A stretch of 64,000 nt of DNA from an uncultured Desulfarculus sp. (GTDB lineage Bacteria; Desulfobacterota; Desulfarculia; Desulfarculales; Desulfarculaceae). The first letter of the stretch is position 1, and each line of letters begins with the position of its first letter. A program made the translations under genes and the position numbers. The notes below the pieces were generated by a model. That model did not search any database. It saw only the letters and a list, made by a program, of their open reading frames with translations, and had not been told where the DNA came from. Of this stretch, positions 1-11,133 are shown piece after piece. The stretch lies in the NCBI GenBank assembly GCA_963665125.2, contig CAXXUK010000001.1, forward strand, positions 3,616,001-3,680,000, written 5' to 3'.

Positions 1-2
1 AG

Positions 3-296
3 GCCGAATATGACATCTTTTGGCAGGGTAAAAACAAAAGCGCCCTATCTGATGTAAATCCCGGCCTCAATAATGTTGAGATGAAGCAAACCCAAGGTTA
101 CGGCGTATTCATCTCGGCAAGCTTTACCTATGATTTCGGAATGGTTGCCATCAACTTGGAGCCGTTCTTCCAATACTGGGATATTAAAAAGTCCGATACG
201 GACAACTTGTATTATTATGGCCAATTCATGACTCCGGTTGAGGAGCCCGACAATGACACCAAAATTTGGGGTGTTAGGGTCAGCGCCGAATTCTAG
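3..296 (+). CDS. C-terminal part of an outer-membrane beta-barrel protein (5' truncated by window edge)
   Basis: Frame is open from base 3 (AEYDIFWQGK...). Alternating aromatic beta-strand pattern and C-terminal Phe (WGVRVSAEF). Confidence 0.6.
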   Translation, partial: AEYDIFWQGKNKSALSDVNPGLNNVEMKQTQGYGVFISASFTYDFGMVAINLEPFFQYWDIKKSDTDNLYYYGQFMTPVEEPDNDTKIWGVRVSAEF

Positions 297-315
297 CAAA
301 TAGTTTTTCCATGAA

Positions 316-346
316 GATCCCGGCATGGCTTTGCCATGCCGGGATC
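316..346 (+). terminator. Perfect inverted repeat, probable terminator
   Basis: gatcccggcatggc-ttt-gccatgccgggatc just after the stop codon. Confidence 0.65.
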
Positions 347-679
347 AATGCTCTTATCCGACGCTAAACGCCTTCTACAATATCTTCAATTCCATTTAGT
401 CTGTTCAGGCGCCTATTTTGAATAGAAGCATGACCACAAAAACGGCTTATTTGTCGGAGCATTACTTGTATTAAGCGACCGTTGTTTTATTCTGTTTTTT
501 CAACATATTATCCTTTTCTTTGCTTGTATTTAGCCTTTATCCCCATTTCCTTGAACACATATTCCTTTTTTTTCAAATAGACTGGCCTTACCAGAATCTT
601 GACTGCGGCTCCGATTAATCATATTCTTTTGAACCTAATTGAACGACCAACCATTCATTAAGAAGTATGGAGGCCCTCT

Positions 680-1882
680 GTGAAAAACAATCGTGACACC
701 GTAATCGTGGCCATGGGCCGCACCGCCATCGGCGATTTCGGCGGTTCCCTTGCCGGCGTCCGCGCCCACGAACTTGGCGCTATCGTTACCAAAAAATTGC
801 TTGATGACACCGGTATCGACCAGTCCACCATTGACGACGTGATCATGGGTGACTGCTGCCAGTGCCCCGATGAGGCCAACACCGCCCGCACCATGGCCTT
901 GAAAGTCGGCATTCCGGTCGAAGTCCCGGCCGTCACCATCCAGCGCCAGTGCTCCAGCGCCATGCAGGCCATGGCTCAGTCCGACGTTTACATTCGCATG
1001 GGCGAGGCCGATATCATGATCGCCGGCGGCATGGAATCAATGTCCAACGCCCCTTACACGCTTCCCAAGGCCCGCTGGGGCGCCCGCCTGCAGCATGCCA
1101 AGATGGTTGACTCCCTTTGGGAAATGCTTCATTCCGGCTCCACTCTTCTTGATCCTCCAGGCTACATCATGGGCCAGACCGCTGAAAATCTGGCCCGCAA
1201 ATACAGCATCCCCCGCGAAGAGCAGGATGTCGTGGCCCTGCGCAGCCACAACAACGCCGAAGCCGCCACCAAGGCCGGCAAATTCAAGGACGAGATCGTT
1301 CCCGTTGTCATTCCCCAGCGCAAGGGAGACCCCAAGGTCATCGACACCGACGAGCACTTCCGCCCCGGCATGACCATGGACTCCCTGACCAGACTCAAGC
1401 CCGTTTTCGCCAAAGACGGCAGCGTAACCGCCGGCAATGCCTCCGGCCTTAACGACGGCGCCGCCGTGACCATCCTGATGAGCCGTGAAAAAGCCACCGA
1501 GCTTGGCCTAAAGCCCATCGCCAAGATCGTTGCCCACGCCGCCGCGGGCTGTCCGCCGGAGATCATGGGTTACGGCCCGGTACCCTCCACCCAAAAGCTT
1601 CTGAAGAAAACCGGCGTTGAGCTCAAAGATATCGAACTCATCGAACTCAACGAGGCCTTCGCCTCCCAGTACCTTGCCTGCGAACAGGGCCTGGGCCTCA
1701 ACCGCGACATCACCAACGTCAACGGTTCTGGCATCGGCCTGGGCCACCCGGTGGGCTGCACCGGCGCCCGCATCGTGATCAGCCTCATCGGCGAGATGAA
1801 GCGCCGCGGCAACACTCTTGGCCTGGCCACTCTTTGCGTTGGCGGCGGCATGGGCATGTCCATGCTGGTCGAGGTCGAGTAG
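680..1882 (+). CDS. Acetyl-CoA C-acyltransferase (thiolase)
   Basis: QCSS active-site Cys, GGMESMS, NEAF, GHPVG and CVGGG motifs. Confidence 0.95.
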   Translation: MKNNRDTVIVAMGRTAIGDFGGSLAGVRAHELGAIVTKKLLDDTGIDQSTIDDVIMGDCCQCPDEANTARTMALKVGIPVEVPAVTIQRQCSSAMQAMAQSDVYIRMGEADIMIAGGMESMSNAPYTLPKARWGARLQHAKMVDSLWEMLHSGSTLLDPPGYIMGQTAENLARKYSIPREEQDVVALRSHNNAEAATKAGKFKDEIVPVVIPQRKGDPKVIDTDEHFRPGMTMDSLTRLKPVFAKDGSVTAGNASGLNDGAAVTILMSREKATELGLKPIAKIVAHAAAGCPPEIMGYGPVPSTQKLLKKTGVELKDIELIELNEAFASQYLACEQGLGLNRDITNVNGSGIGLGHPVGCTGARIVISLIGEMKRRGNTLGLATLCVGGGMGMSMLVEVE

Positions 1883-1896
1883 TCATTTTCAATACG

Positions 1897-1929
1897 ATAA
1901 AGGGGGAGGGGTTCTCTCTCCCCCTTATT
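1897..1929 (+). terminator. Hairpin downstream of thiolase
   Basis: gggggag...ctccccc inverted repeat. Confidence 0.45.
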
Positions 1930-2006
1930 CCCAAAGTCCTGTTGCCATCCCTCCTTTTATAGCTATAGTATTTAAGATCTTTAGTTGCCAATGGAAGGAC
2001 TTCCAG

Positions 2007-3383
2007 ATGGTCGATATTGGCCGAAAATCATCTGACGTTTCAAAGCTCCGTGAGCGCGTACGCCTACTCACCAAGGAACTTGACGACATCGAACACCGCC
2101 ACGAACAAGGCGTAACAACTCTTCGTGAAGCCCTTGTTGTACTGTCGGGCATGGTTCCCAAGGAGCAGACTCCGGCCGTCGGCAAAGCCTTTGATTCTTT
2201 CCGCAAAAGTGCTTCTTCAAGAAAAATGGACTACGAGGCCTTTGAAGAGTCCTTGGAGAGCCTTAAATCTGCGATTGTGGCCGAGCCCACCGACTACGGA
2301 CCCGGCGCTTCCGACAAGGCAAAAGAGACGGCCCAGGCCAAGGCTTCCCGCCATGTTTCCCTGGCCCTGCTTCATGGTCTTCGTCTTGGTGATGAAACCT
2401 TTGATCCCATGCTGGACAAGGCCATAGACCAGATCGGAGCCTTTGTGGCCACCGGCGCCGTTCGCCCGGCCATGGCCGTTCTGGCCGACCTGTTGGATGA
2501 CTTCCGCATCGCCCTCAACAGCCGTCTGCAATCGGCCGAGCAGGCCCTCAAAGATATCGTTGCCGAGGTTTTGCGCACCGAAACCGAGCTCATCGAAAGC
2601 TTTACAAAGGCCACCAATGATCTTTCTTCCGACGGCAAGGGCCATGCCGAGCAGATGACCAGCACCCTTGCCGCACTATTGGAAGACATCAACGGCGCGC
2701 CGGATATGGAGACCCTTAAGTACCGGGCGCTTTCGCACATCCGCACCCTTCGTGACCAGATAAAGACCCGCCGGGCCCTGGAGGTGAGCCGTCAACAGGC
2801 TATCATGAGCGAGATGGACCAGGTACGCGAGGCCCTGGACGAGACCAAACGCCACATGTCATCCTTTGAAAAGCTCACCGAAAAGCTATCCAGGGAAGCT
2901 TTGACCGATCCACTTACAAAGATCTGGAACAAGCGCGCCTTTTCCCAGAGGCTTGCCGTCGAGTTGAAAAAAAGCGACAAGTCAAAGCTCTACCTCATTG
3001 TTTTTGACATCGATTTCTTCAAGGGCATCAACGACAACTACGGCCACAAGGCCGGCGACAGGGCTCTTGAGGCCATCGCCAAATACGCCAGCTCCGCCCT
3101 TCGCAGGGAAGACACTCTCTTCCGTTACGCCGGTGACGAGTTTGTCATCCTGATGACCGAAATAGACCTGCCCACGGCTCAGGCCATTGCCGAGCGGGTG
3201 CGCCAGGCCGCCGAAAAGATCCGCTTCACCTATGGCGGCAAGGGCGAGATCCGCCTTACCCTGTCCATTGGTTTGGCCGGAGCCAATGCCTCCGACACCC
3301 CGGAGACCTTGTTCGAGCGGTCCGACCAGGCCCTTTTGGAGGCCAAGCGTCAGGGCCGCAACCGGGTTGTCACCGCCCAATAG
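2007..3383 (+). CDS. Diguanylate cyclase (coiled-coil N-terminus plus GGDEF domain, AGDEF variant)
   Basis: DPLT, DIDFFKGINDNYGHKAGD, RRED I-site, RYAGDEF, AKRQGRNR. Start moved to ATG 2007, behind a ggaagga RBS. Confidence 0.9.
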   Translation: MVDIGRKSSDVSKLRERVRLLTKELDDIEHRHEQGVTTLREALVVLSGMVPKEQTPAVGKAFDSFRKSASSRKMDYEAFEESLESLKSAIVAEPTDYGPGASDKAKETAQAKASRHVSLALLHGLRLGDETFDPMLDKAIDQIGAFVATGAVRPAMAVLADLLDDFRIALNSRLQSAEQALKDIVAEVLRTETELIESFTKATNDLSSDGKGHAEQMTSTLAALLEDINGAPDMETLKYRALSHIRTLRDQIKTRRALEVSRQQAIMSEMDQVREALDETKRHMSSFEKLTEKLSREALTDPLTKIWNKRAFSQRLAVELKKSDKSKLYLIVFDIDFFKGINDNYGHKAGDRALEAIAKYASSALRREDTLFRYAGDEFVILMTEIDLPTAQAIAERVRQAAEKIRFTYGGKGEIRLTLSIGLAGANASDTPETLFERSDQALLEAKRQGRNRVVTAQ

Positions 3384-3601
3384 CTTTTGACCCATAGGTC
3401 ATTTTTATTCTTGCCCTTCCCTTCCGAACCCGGTCTATTTATCCTGTATTATCAATATGTTAGCAATGCGCGCTTTCGGCTCGCGTATTTTTATTCTGTA
3501 TTTTCAGTGTAGTACGCTTTAGCTGTTTTAGGCCAAAAAACATGGGGAACTTTCCAATTCCAGCGGCTCATAATCCTAGTTTTTATCTTTTGACCAAAGG
3601 G

Positions 3602-5038
3602 TCATCCTTTGATGACGACCAGGGGACGGGTTCTGGCCACCATGGGAGCAATGCCCGCGCCCTGCATAACCCTGGCAACCTGGCTGACGTCCTTGTAGGC
3701 CTCGGGCATTTCCTCGGCCAAGGTGGCCCGGCTTGCCGCCCGGACAATGATCTGCCGGCGGGCAAGCTCCTGATCGATAATTCTGCCCTTTGCCGTGTAC
3801 TTGGCCTTGTTGCGGCTGAGCCTGCGTCCCGCGCCATGGGCGCTGCTGGCAAAGGTCAGGGCCTCTGCCTTTTCCGACCCTTTTAGCACATAACTGGCCC
3901 GGCCCATGTCCCCCGGCACCAAAACCGGCTGGCCGACGGAACGGTAGCGGTCCGGAACCTCCGGGTGCCCCGGCCCCAAAGCCCTGGTGGCGCCCTTGCG
4001 GTGAACCCATACCAGGCGCTCCTTGCCGCCGACCATGTGCCGCTCCAGCTTGGCTATGTTGTGGGCCACGTCATAAACCAGGCCCAGACCCAGGGCCGCC
4101 GGGCCCGCCTCCAACACTCGCATAATGGTCTCCACCGCCCCATGGGCCAGGATCTGGCGGTTGGCAAAGGCGAAGTTCGCCGCCGCGGCCATGGCCCCCA
4201 GGTATTCGGAGCCTATTGGGGAATCCGGCGGCGCTGCGATTAGCTGTGAGTCCTTTGGTATTATCGCGTCCTTGTCCTTGGCCAGCTTCTTGAGGAAATC
4301 GCCGCAGACCTGGTGGCCCAGGCCCCTTGACCCGGTATGAATCCAAAGCACGAGCTGTCCCTCGAATAGTCCGAAGGCCTCCGCGGCAATCGGGTCCATG
4401 ATTTCATCGACCCGGCCCAGCTCCACGAAATGGTTGCCAGCGCCCAGGCTGCCCAACTGGCCCGCGCCCCGGTCCTGGGCCCGGTTGCTCAGCACATCGG
4501 CCAAGGCGCCGTGCAGTGCGCCGCCGGCCTCGCAGAACTCAAGGTCTGTTCGGCCGCCCATGCCCTGATCAACGGCCCACGCCGCGCCCCGTTCCATTAC
4601 CCGGTTCATTTCCTGGCGGCTGAGCCGGAGGTTGCCCCCAGTGCCCACCCCTGCCGGAATGGCCGCCTCCAGGGCGTCGGCAAGGCGCTTGTAATCTTCG
4701 CTGGTCAGATCATCGGCCCGGAGTTTGCTGCGCAACAGCCGCACCCCGCAGTTTATGTCATAACCCACGCCACCCGGGCTGACCACGCCATTGGCCGGAT
4801 CAAAGGCCGCCACGCCGCCGATGGGAAAACCATAGCCCTGGTGGGCGTCGGGCATGGCCATGGCGTTGCCCACGATGCCGGGCAGGGCGGCCATACCCCG
4901 GACCTGCTCCACAGTGCCGTCGGCGGCCACAGCCCTTATAAGCTCCTCATCGGAATAGATCAGCCCGTCGGTGCGCATCTGCCCGCTTTTGGGCAACACC
5001 CAGCGGTGATCGTCTATTTTATGCAGGCCGTTGGTCAT
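3602..5038 (-). CDS. rtcB: RNA-splicing ligase RtcB
   Basis: MPDAHQGYGFPIGG, VGYDINCG, GNHFVE, HTGSRG, HNIA, HRKGAT, HGAGR and EEMPEAYK motifs. Confidence 0.95.
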   Translation of the reverse strand: MTNGLHKIDDHRWVLPKSGQMRTDGLIYSDEELIRAVAADGTVEQVRGMAALPGIVGNAMAMPDAHQGYGFPIGGVAAFDPANGVVSPGGVGYDINCGVRLLRSKLRADDLTSEDYKRLADALEAAIPAGVGTGGNLRLSRQEMNRVMERGAAWAVDQGMGGRTDLEFCEAGGALHGALADVLSNRAQDRGAGQLGSLGAGNHFVELGRVDEIMDPIAAEAFGLFEGQLVLWIHTGSRGLGHQVCGDFLKKLAKDKDAIIPKDSQLIAAPPDSPIGSEYLGAMAAAANFAFANRQILAHGAVETIMRVLEAGPAALGLGLVYDVAHNIAKLERHMVGGKERLVWVHRKGATRALGPGHPEVPDRYRSVGQPVLVPGDMGRASYVLKGSEKAEALTFASSAHGAGRRLSRNKAKYTAKGRIIDQELARRQIIVRAASRATLAEEMPEAYKDVSQVARVMQGAGIAPMVARTRPLVVIKG

Positions 5039-5137
5039 CTTTTTTCCTTAATTCCGGCTTACCCTTGCGCGTTTGCGCCCTTATGTATAAAAATCAGCAT
5101 CAGTTTAAATATTAACAGGATTATATTCGCAGTAAAA

Positions 5138-6331
5138 ATGCTCAAGGAACGCCTAAAAGCCATCAATTATCAGAACGCCCTCGGCTTTACCATGGATCAG
5201 GTCATCATCACCGCGGGCTGCGTAATCTGGGCGCTGAGCTATGCCCTGTTTCAGGCTCCGTTCAACCTTTCCACGGGCGGCGTCTCTGGCGTGGCCATCA
5301 TCGTCAAGCACTACACCGGCTTCCCCCTGGGCACCTTTTTCCTGCTGGCCAATATCCCCCTGTTGATCCTCGGCTATTTCCAGCTGGACCGGCTGCGGTT
5401 TTTGCTCTCGACCATGTGGGCTGTTGTCGTCTTTTCTTTCACCACCGACTTTTTCGTGGCCCACCTGCCGGCCATGATGGAGCGCTTTCCGGTCAGCGAC
5501 GATACGCTGTTGAACGCCATCTATGGCGGCGTGCTGGCCGGAGTGGGCACGGGCATCATATACCGGGCCGGCGGCACCTTTGGCGGCACCACCATCATCG
5601 CCCGCATCGTCAACAAGAAGACCGGCTTTCCCATCAGCCAGTGTTTCATGTACACCGACTTTTCGGTGATCCTAGGCGCAGGCCTCGTCTTCAACTGGGA
5701 AGTCGCCTTGCTGTCGATCCTTGTGCTGTTGATCTCCGGCATCACCTCGGATGTAGTTCTGGAGGGCATCAGTTATGTGCGCACCGCGATGATCATAACT
5801 GAAAACCCCTACGACGTCAGCCGTGCGCTGATGGAGGAAATGGGCCGGGGCGTCACCCTTTGGAACGCCACGGGCGGATATTCGGGCCAAGCCAAACATA
5901 TGATCTATTGCACGGTGCGCCGTTCGGAGATCCAGGAGCTAAAGCGCCTAATGACCACCGTGGACCCCAACGCCTTTTTCGTCATCGGTGTGGCCCAGCA
6001 GGCCTTTGGCCAGGGTTTCACCCGCCTTACCAAGGGCCCTCTGCAGGACGAAATGGCCCGCAAGCGCTTCCGCAATGTGCTGCGCAACCGCAAGGGCAAA
6101 AAGACCATGTTCGATGAGGAATACCTGGATCTTGCCGGCGTGGCCTATTTCATGGACAGCAAAGGCCGCGTCAACCTCATCCGCCCCAACGGCGGCATGG
6201 TCAGGATCAAGAACACCCAGGACCTTGACGATATCTCGTCCAAAGCCAAGCGCATCACCAAGGATGAGGCCCTGGAGCTGGCCAAGCACGGCCCCAAGCC
6301 CGCCGAACCAAGCCAAATCGACCAGCCATAG
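5138..6331 (+). CDS. YitT family membrane protein with C-terminal DUF2179-like domain and an extra tail
   Basis: TGGVSGVA, NIPL, GGTFGGT, GRGVT...GGYS, DPNAF motifs. The real start is ATG 5138; the longer ORF from 4430 is a shadow of rtcB. Confidence 0.85.
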   Translation: MLKERLKAINYQNALGFTMDQVIITAGCVIWALSYALFQAPFNLSTGGVSGVAIIVKHYTGFPLGTFFLLANIPLLILGYFQLDRLRFLLSTMWAVVVFSFTTDFFVAHLPAMMERFPVSDDTLLNAIYGGVLAGVGTGIIYRAGGTFGGTTIIARIVNKKTGFPISQCFMYTDFSVILGAGLVFNWEVALLSILVLLISGITSDVVLEGISYVRTAMIITENPYDVSRALMEEMGRGVTLWNATGGYSGQAKHMIYCTVRRSEIQELKRLMTTVDPNAFFVIGVAQQAFGQGFTRLTKGPLQDEMARKRFRNVLRNRKGKKTMFDEEYLDLAGVAYFMDSKGRVNLIRPNGGMVRIKNTQDLDDISSKAKRITKDEALELAKHGPKPAEPSQIDQP

Positions 6332-6333
6332 AA

Positions 6334-6364
6334 AAACCCGGCCGGGTTGCCCCAGCCGGGTTTA
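6334..6364. terminator. Bidirectional terminator between convergent genes
   Basis: aaaacccgg...ccgggtttt. Confidence 0.7.
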
Positions 6365-6388
6365 TCATACATATTGCCTGAAAGTATA

Positions 6389-7210
6389 TCAAACCCATGT
6401 CACCTTCAAGGGCTTACGGTCTGGGCAACGGAAGTATTTAACCTTGGGCTTGCCGATCATCATGGCGTTTTTCAACACATGCCCCTGGGGAAGCGCCAAA
6501 TGTTCCTGCAATGGCGGCCAGGTCTTGGCAGCCCGCTCAAAGAAACCGGCCCAACAGGTGCCAAGGCCCATGGCCGGGGCGTAAAGCTCCACGTAGGTGG
6601 CGGCGATGTCGCAGGAATGATCGGCGAACCGGTCGTTTTCATGTGCGTGGGTCAGGGCCATGTGCGGCGCGCTACGGAAGACCAGGTCAATTCCCTGGTC
6701 GAAATAGTCTATGACCACCGGCATGTTCATGATCTGCGCTATTGGCTCGCCTTTATCCACCAGCATGCGCATCCAGTCCACCACCATTCCGGCTATCTGC
6801 CGAACATCATCGGGATTGGTGTAGACCTTCCAGGCCACTGTTTGGGAATTGTGTCCGGTCTGGGCGAAACGCGCCAAGCCGATGAGCCTTTCCAGATCGG
6901 CTTTATCAACCGGTTGGGGGTCGTACTGGCGGATGGAGCGCCGGGAGCGCATAAACTGCTCGGCCTGTTCGGCGTTGATCTTCAGTTCCTTTTTGATAGG
7001 CAGGCTGTTTTCCAGGGCGATATCTTGGTGGCTCAGGGCGCCAAAGGGGCAAGCCGCCACGCAGTGGCCGCATCTGATGCACAGCCCCTCGGCTCCATCG
7101 ATAACTTGGGGATAGCCGTCTTCGGGCATGGCGATGATGCCAAAGGGGCAGTCCTGCACACAAAAGCCATCCTGCTTGCACTTGTCCTCGTTTACGATAA
7201 GTAAACCCAT
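6389..7210 (-). CDS. Nitroreductase family protein with N-terminal ferredoxin (4Fe-4S) domain
   Basis: CKQDGFCVQDCP and CIRCGHCVAACP, then RRSIR and GLGTCWAG nitroreductase motifs. Confidence 0.9.
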   Translation of the reverse strand: MGLLIVNEDKCKQDGFCVQDCPFGIIAMPEDGYPQVIDGAEGLCIRCGHCVAACPFGALSHQDIALENSLPIKKELKINAEQAEQFMRSRRSIRQYDPQPVDKADLERLIGLARFAQTGHNSQTVAWKVYTNPDDVRQIAGMVVDWMRMLVDKGEPIAQIMNMPVVIDYFDQGIDLVFRSAPHMALTHAHENDRFADHSCDIAATYVELYAPAMGLGTCWAGFFERAAKTWPPLQEHLALPQGHVLKNAMMIGKPKVKYFRCPDRKPLKVTWV

Positions 7211-7418
7211 AATAGTTCCCTTATTTTGGCTGTATTATTAATAGGCGGATTAAATCCTCCATAGCAAACACCTAATGATGACCATAACGATGAGATATGT
7301 CCAGCCCAAACCGAACGTCCGTTATGATTTATCGGTTGATCTTATTCTCTCATAAAATCATCCGCCGATGAGCCCGACGCCGGCATCTGCATTTGTCAGA
7401 GGTGTGGATTCTAGGAGA

Positions 7419-8435
7419 TTAGTAATGCTCTTGCTTGAGTTCCCTGCTCATAAGCTCGATAAGGGCGTCCGCCGGAGATAGTCCTTCATAGATGACCCGG
7501 CGCACGGCCTCGACGATGGGCATCTCCACGCCGCTGCGCCTGGCCAGGTCGGAAATGGTCAGGGTGTTGCGCACGCCCTCGGCGATTGTACGCGTTGAGG
7601 CCTGGATCTGTGCCGCCGTCTCACCCTTGGCCAGCCTTTGACCAAAGGTGCGGTTGCGGCTCAGGTGGCCGGTGCAGGTGAGCACCAGGTCGCCCAAGCC
7701 GGCCAGGCCGGAAAGGGTCGCCAACTGGCCTCCTTTGGCCATGGCCAGGCGGGTCATCTCGGCCAGGCCCCTGGTGATCAGCGCTGCCTGGCTGTTGAAG
7801 CCCAGCTCCAGACCCGCGACCATGCCCGAGGCGATGGCGATGGGGTTTTTCACGGCCCCGCCGATCTCCACGCCGGTGACGTCCGGGCTGGTGTATACCC
7901 TGAACAGCCGGGTGGCGAAGGCGTGCTGCACGAACTTGGCCAGCTCATGGTCCAGACCGGCAACGGTGACGGCCGTGGGCACCGCCTGGGCCAGTTCCCT
8001 GGCGAAGCTCGGGCCGCTGAGGCACAACAGCCTGCGGTGAAACTGCTTGGGCAGTACATCAGAGGCAACCTCGCACATGGTGAAGCCAGTGCCGTCTTCG
8101 ATGCCCTTGGAGCAGCTTACGAAGACCATGTTGCTCGTGAAGTATGGTTCAGCTTGGGTTAAAACCTGGCGGTAGACATGGCTCGGGGTCACCCAGACCA
8201 CCAGCCTGGCGCCGTCCAGGGCTGCGGCGAGGTCGCTGGTGGCCTCGATCCCATCCTCCAGTCGGATGCCCTCCAGATAGAACTTGTTTTCGCGGTCCTC
8301 GTTTATCTGCTGGGCCACCTCTGACTCATAGGCCCAGATGCGCACCTTGTGCCCGGCCCAGGCAAGCTGCTGGGCCAGGGCCGTACCCCATGCACCGGCC
8401 CCGATGACCGTTGCCTTGAGGTCCAGGTTACTCAT
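7419..8435 (-). CDS. gpsA: NAD(P)H-dependent glycerol-3-phosphate dehydrogenase
   Basis: [40 protein letters not shown] motifs. Confidence 0.95.
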   Translation of the reverse strand: MSNLDLKATVIGAGAWGTALAQQLAWAGHKVRIWAYESEVAQQINEDRENKFYLEGIRLEDGIEATSDLAAALDGARLVVWVTPSHVYRQVLTQAEPYFTSNMVFVSCSKGIEDGTGFTMCEVASDVLPKQFHRRLLCLSGPSFARELAQAVPTAVTVAGLDHELAKFVQHAFATRLFRVYTSPDVTGVEIGGAVKNPIAIASGMVAGLELGFNSQAALITRGLAEMTRLAMAKGGQLATLSGLAGLGDLVLTCTGHLSRNRTFGQRLAKGETAAQIQASTRTIAEGVRNTLTISDLARRSGVEMPIVEAVRRVIYEGLSPADALIELMSRELKQEHY

Positions 8436-10926
8436 CTGCTTCCTCCGGAACCGTTCCCGCCAGCGGAAGTTCGGGCTGTTCCCCGTTTTCCTCTTCGTCT
8501 GTCCTTTCGGCCAGACGCCCCACCGAGACCAGCTGTTCGCCCTTGTGCAGGTCGATGAGCTTGACGCCCTGGGTGTTGCGGCCGATCACGCTTATTCCGG
8601 CCACGGGCATGCGGATCAACTGGCCGCCGTCGGTGATGAGCATTACCTCGTCGTCGGTGTCGACGACCAGGGCTCCCACAACCGGTCCGTTGCGCATGGT
8701 GGTTTTGATTGTGATCACGCCCTTGCCCGCGCGGTTGCGCAGGGGATATTCATCAATGCGCGTACGCTTGCCAAAGCCGTTTTCGGTGATCGTGAGCAGG
8801 GTCTGGGCTCCGGCCACGGCCTCCATTGCCACCAGAAGGTCGCCGTCGGTGAGTTCAATACCCTTGACGCCTCCGGCATTGCGGCCCATGGAACGCACCT
8901 GTGATTCATGGAAGCGGATCGCCTGTCCCTGCCTTGTGGCCAGGAAGACTTCCATGTCGCCGTCGGTGATGCGGGTGGCCACCAGGCTGTCGCCCTCGGC
9001 CAGGTTGATGGCTATGATGCCTCCCACCCTGGGCCTGCTGAATGCCATGAGGTCTGTCTTTTTCACCGTGCCGTTCTGGGTGGCCATGATTACCTGGCGG
9101 TTTTCGGTGAACTCGCGCACGGCCAGAACCGTGGAAACGTTCTCGTCGGGCATGAGCTGGACCAGGTTGACGATGGCCTTGCCCTTTGATGCCCTGCCGG
9201 CCTGGGGTATCTCGTGGACCTTGAGCCAGTACAGGCGGCCCATGTCGGTGAATATGAGCAGGTATGAATGGGTCGAGGCCAGGAACATGGCCTCCACGAA
9301 GTCTTCATCCTTGGTGGCCATGCCCCGGCTGCCCTTGCCGCCACGGCGCTGGGCCCGGTAGAGGCTGGTGGGGGTGCGCTTGATGTAGCCGGTGTGGCTC
9401 ATCGTCACCACCATCTCCTCTTCGGCGATCATGTCTTCGATGTCGATATCCGTTACCTGGCCGACGATTTCCGTGCGCCGTGCATCGCCGTATTGCTCGG
9501 CGATTTCCAGGGTCTCTTCCCTGATGATCCGTAAAACTTCCTTATCGGAAGCCAGGATGGCCTTGAGCCGGGCGATCTCCTTGATCACCTCGCGGTATTC
9601 TTCAAGGATCTTGTCGCGCTCCAGGCCGGTCAACCGTTGCAGGCGCATGTCCAGAATAGCCTGGGCCTGTTTGTCACTAAGCTGGAAACGGTCCATGAGC
9701 CCGGCCTTGGCCTCGGCCGGGTTGGGGCTGTGACGGATAAGCTCGATAACCTCGTCCAGGTTGTCCAGGGCGATCTTCAGGCCTTCGAGGATATGGGCCC
9801 TGGCCTCGGCCTTGGCCAGATCAAAGGCCGTGCGCCGTAGGACAACCTCCCGGCGGTGTTCGATGAACAGCTCCAGGATTTCCTTGATGCCCATCAGCTT
9901 GGGCCGGCCTTTGTCGATGGCCAGCATGTTCATGCCAAAGCTTGCCTGCATCTGGGTGAACTTGAAAAGCTGGTTAAGCACGACCTGGGGCACGGTGTCC
10001 CGCCGCAGTTCGAAGACCACGCGCATTCCGTCCCGGTCGGATTCATCGCGGATGTCGGTAATGCCCTCGATCCTCTTGTCCTTGACCAACTCGGCCACCT
10101 TTTCCAGCATCTTGGCCTTGTTGACCTGGTAGGGTAGTTCCGTGACGATGATCGAATTTTTCTTGGTGCGCGGATGAACCTCGATATTTGCCCGGGCCCT
10201 GATCTTAACCGTGCCCCGGCCCTCGCGGTAGGCGCTATCTATACCTTCAACGCCGTGGATGAATCCCCTGGTGGGGAAATCCGGGCCGGGGATGATCTTC
10301 TGCAGGTTTCGCGTGCTGATGGCGGGGTCGTCGATCAAGGCAACGACACCCCGGCAGACCTCGCCCAGGTTGTGGGGCGGGATATTGGTGGCCATGCCCA
10401 CGGCGATTCCGCTGGAGCCGTTTATCAGAAGAGAAGGAACCCTTGTGGGCAAAACCGCCGGTTCCTGGAGCGATCCGTCATAGTTATCTACAAAATCAAC
10501 GGTTTGCTTCTCTATGTCCGCCAAAAATTCGGAGGCCAGCTTTGCCATGCGCACTTCGGTGTAACGCATGGCCGCGGCTGAGTCGCCGTCCACGGAGCCG
10601 AAGTTGCCCTGGCCGTCGACCAGGGTGTAGCGCATGGCAAAGTCCTGGGCCATGCGCACCAAGGCGTCATACACCGCCGCGTCGCCGTGAGGGTGGTATT
10701 TACCGATAACATCACCGACTACGCGGGCCGATTTTTTGTAGGCCTTGTTGTAGTCGTTTTTCAGCTCGCGCATGGCGAAGAGAATGCGGCGGTGTACGGG
10801 CTTTAGGCCATCCCGCACGTCCGGCAGGGCGCGCCCAACGATGACGCTCATGGCATAATCCAGATACGAGCGCCTGATTTCCTCTTCTATGCGGACGTCT
10901 TCTTTACGCGCGTCCTTGTTCTGCAT
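8428..10926 (-). CDS. gyrA: DNA gyrase subunit A
   Basis: [25 protein letters not shown] (catalytic Tyr), GyrA box QRRGGKG. Confidence 0.98.
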   Translation of the reverse strand: MQNKDARKEDVRIEEEIRRSYLDYAMSVIVGRALPDVRDGLKPVHRRILFAMRELKNDYNKAYKKSARVVGDVIGKYHPHGDAAVYDALVRMAQDFAMRYTLVDGQGNFGSVDGDSAAAMRYTEVRMAKLASEFLADIEKQTVDFVDNYDGSLQEPAVLPTRVPSLLINGSSGIAVGMATNIPPHNLGEVCRGVVALIDDPAISTRNLQKIIPGPDFPTRGFIHGVEGIDSAYREGRGTVKIRARANIEVHPRTKKNSIIVTELPYQVNKAKMLEKVAELVKDKRIEGITDIRDESDRDGMRVVFELRRDTVPQVVLNQLFKFTQMQASFGMNMLAIDKGRPKLMGIKEILELFIEHRREVVLRRTAFDLAKAEARAHILEGLKIALDNLDEVIELIRHSPNPAEAKAGLMDRFQLSDKQAQAILDMRLQRLTGLERDKILEEYREVIKEIARLKAILASDKEVLRIIREETLEIAEQYGDARRTEIVGQVTDIDIEDMIAEEEMVVTMSHTGYIKRTPTSLYRAQRRGGKGSRGMATKDEDFVEAMFLASTHSYLLIFTDMGRLYWLKVHEIPQAGRASKGKAIVNLVQLMPDENVSTVLAVREFTENRQVIMATQNGTVKKTDLMAFSRPRVGGIIAINLAEGDSLVATRITDGDMEVFLATRQGQAIRFHESQVRSMGRNAGGVKGIELTDGDLLVAMEAVAGAQTLLTITENGFGKRTRIDEYPLRNRAGKGVITIKTTMRNGPVVGALVVDTDDEVMLITDGGQLIRMPVAGISVIGRNTQGVKLIDLHKGEQLVSVGRLAERTDEEENGEQPELPLAGTVPEEADE

Positions 10927-11075
10927 TTATTTTTTATCTCCAGGAGATTTATTCCAGCGGCAGTTAAATCGAGAGCCAGATAGGGTCCCTTGCCGGGAAG
11001 CGACTTTGCGGATTTTATCATTATAAGGGCCTAAAATCAACGTATTAGGCCCTTGTTTGCGCTTGGAGAAAAGAA

Positions 11076-11111
11076 AAGACCAGCCCCGCCGCTATGGGCT
11101 GGGCCGGTCTT
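11076..11111 (-). terminator. Probable terminator of the MarR gene
   Basis: aagacc...ggtctt hairpin with an A-rich run on its left (U-tract on the minus strand). Confidence 0.5.
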
Positions 11112-11133
11112 GCTTGGACGGATTTAGGTATTG

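Noticed and set aside
4430..5137. N-terminal extension of the 633-aa ORF
   Set aside because: It is an antisense shadow of rtcB. YitT homology starts near 5138.
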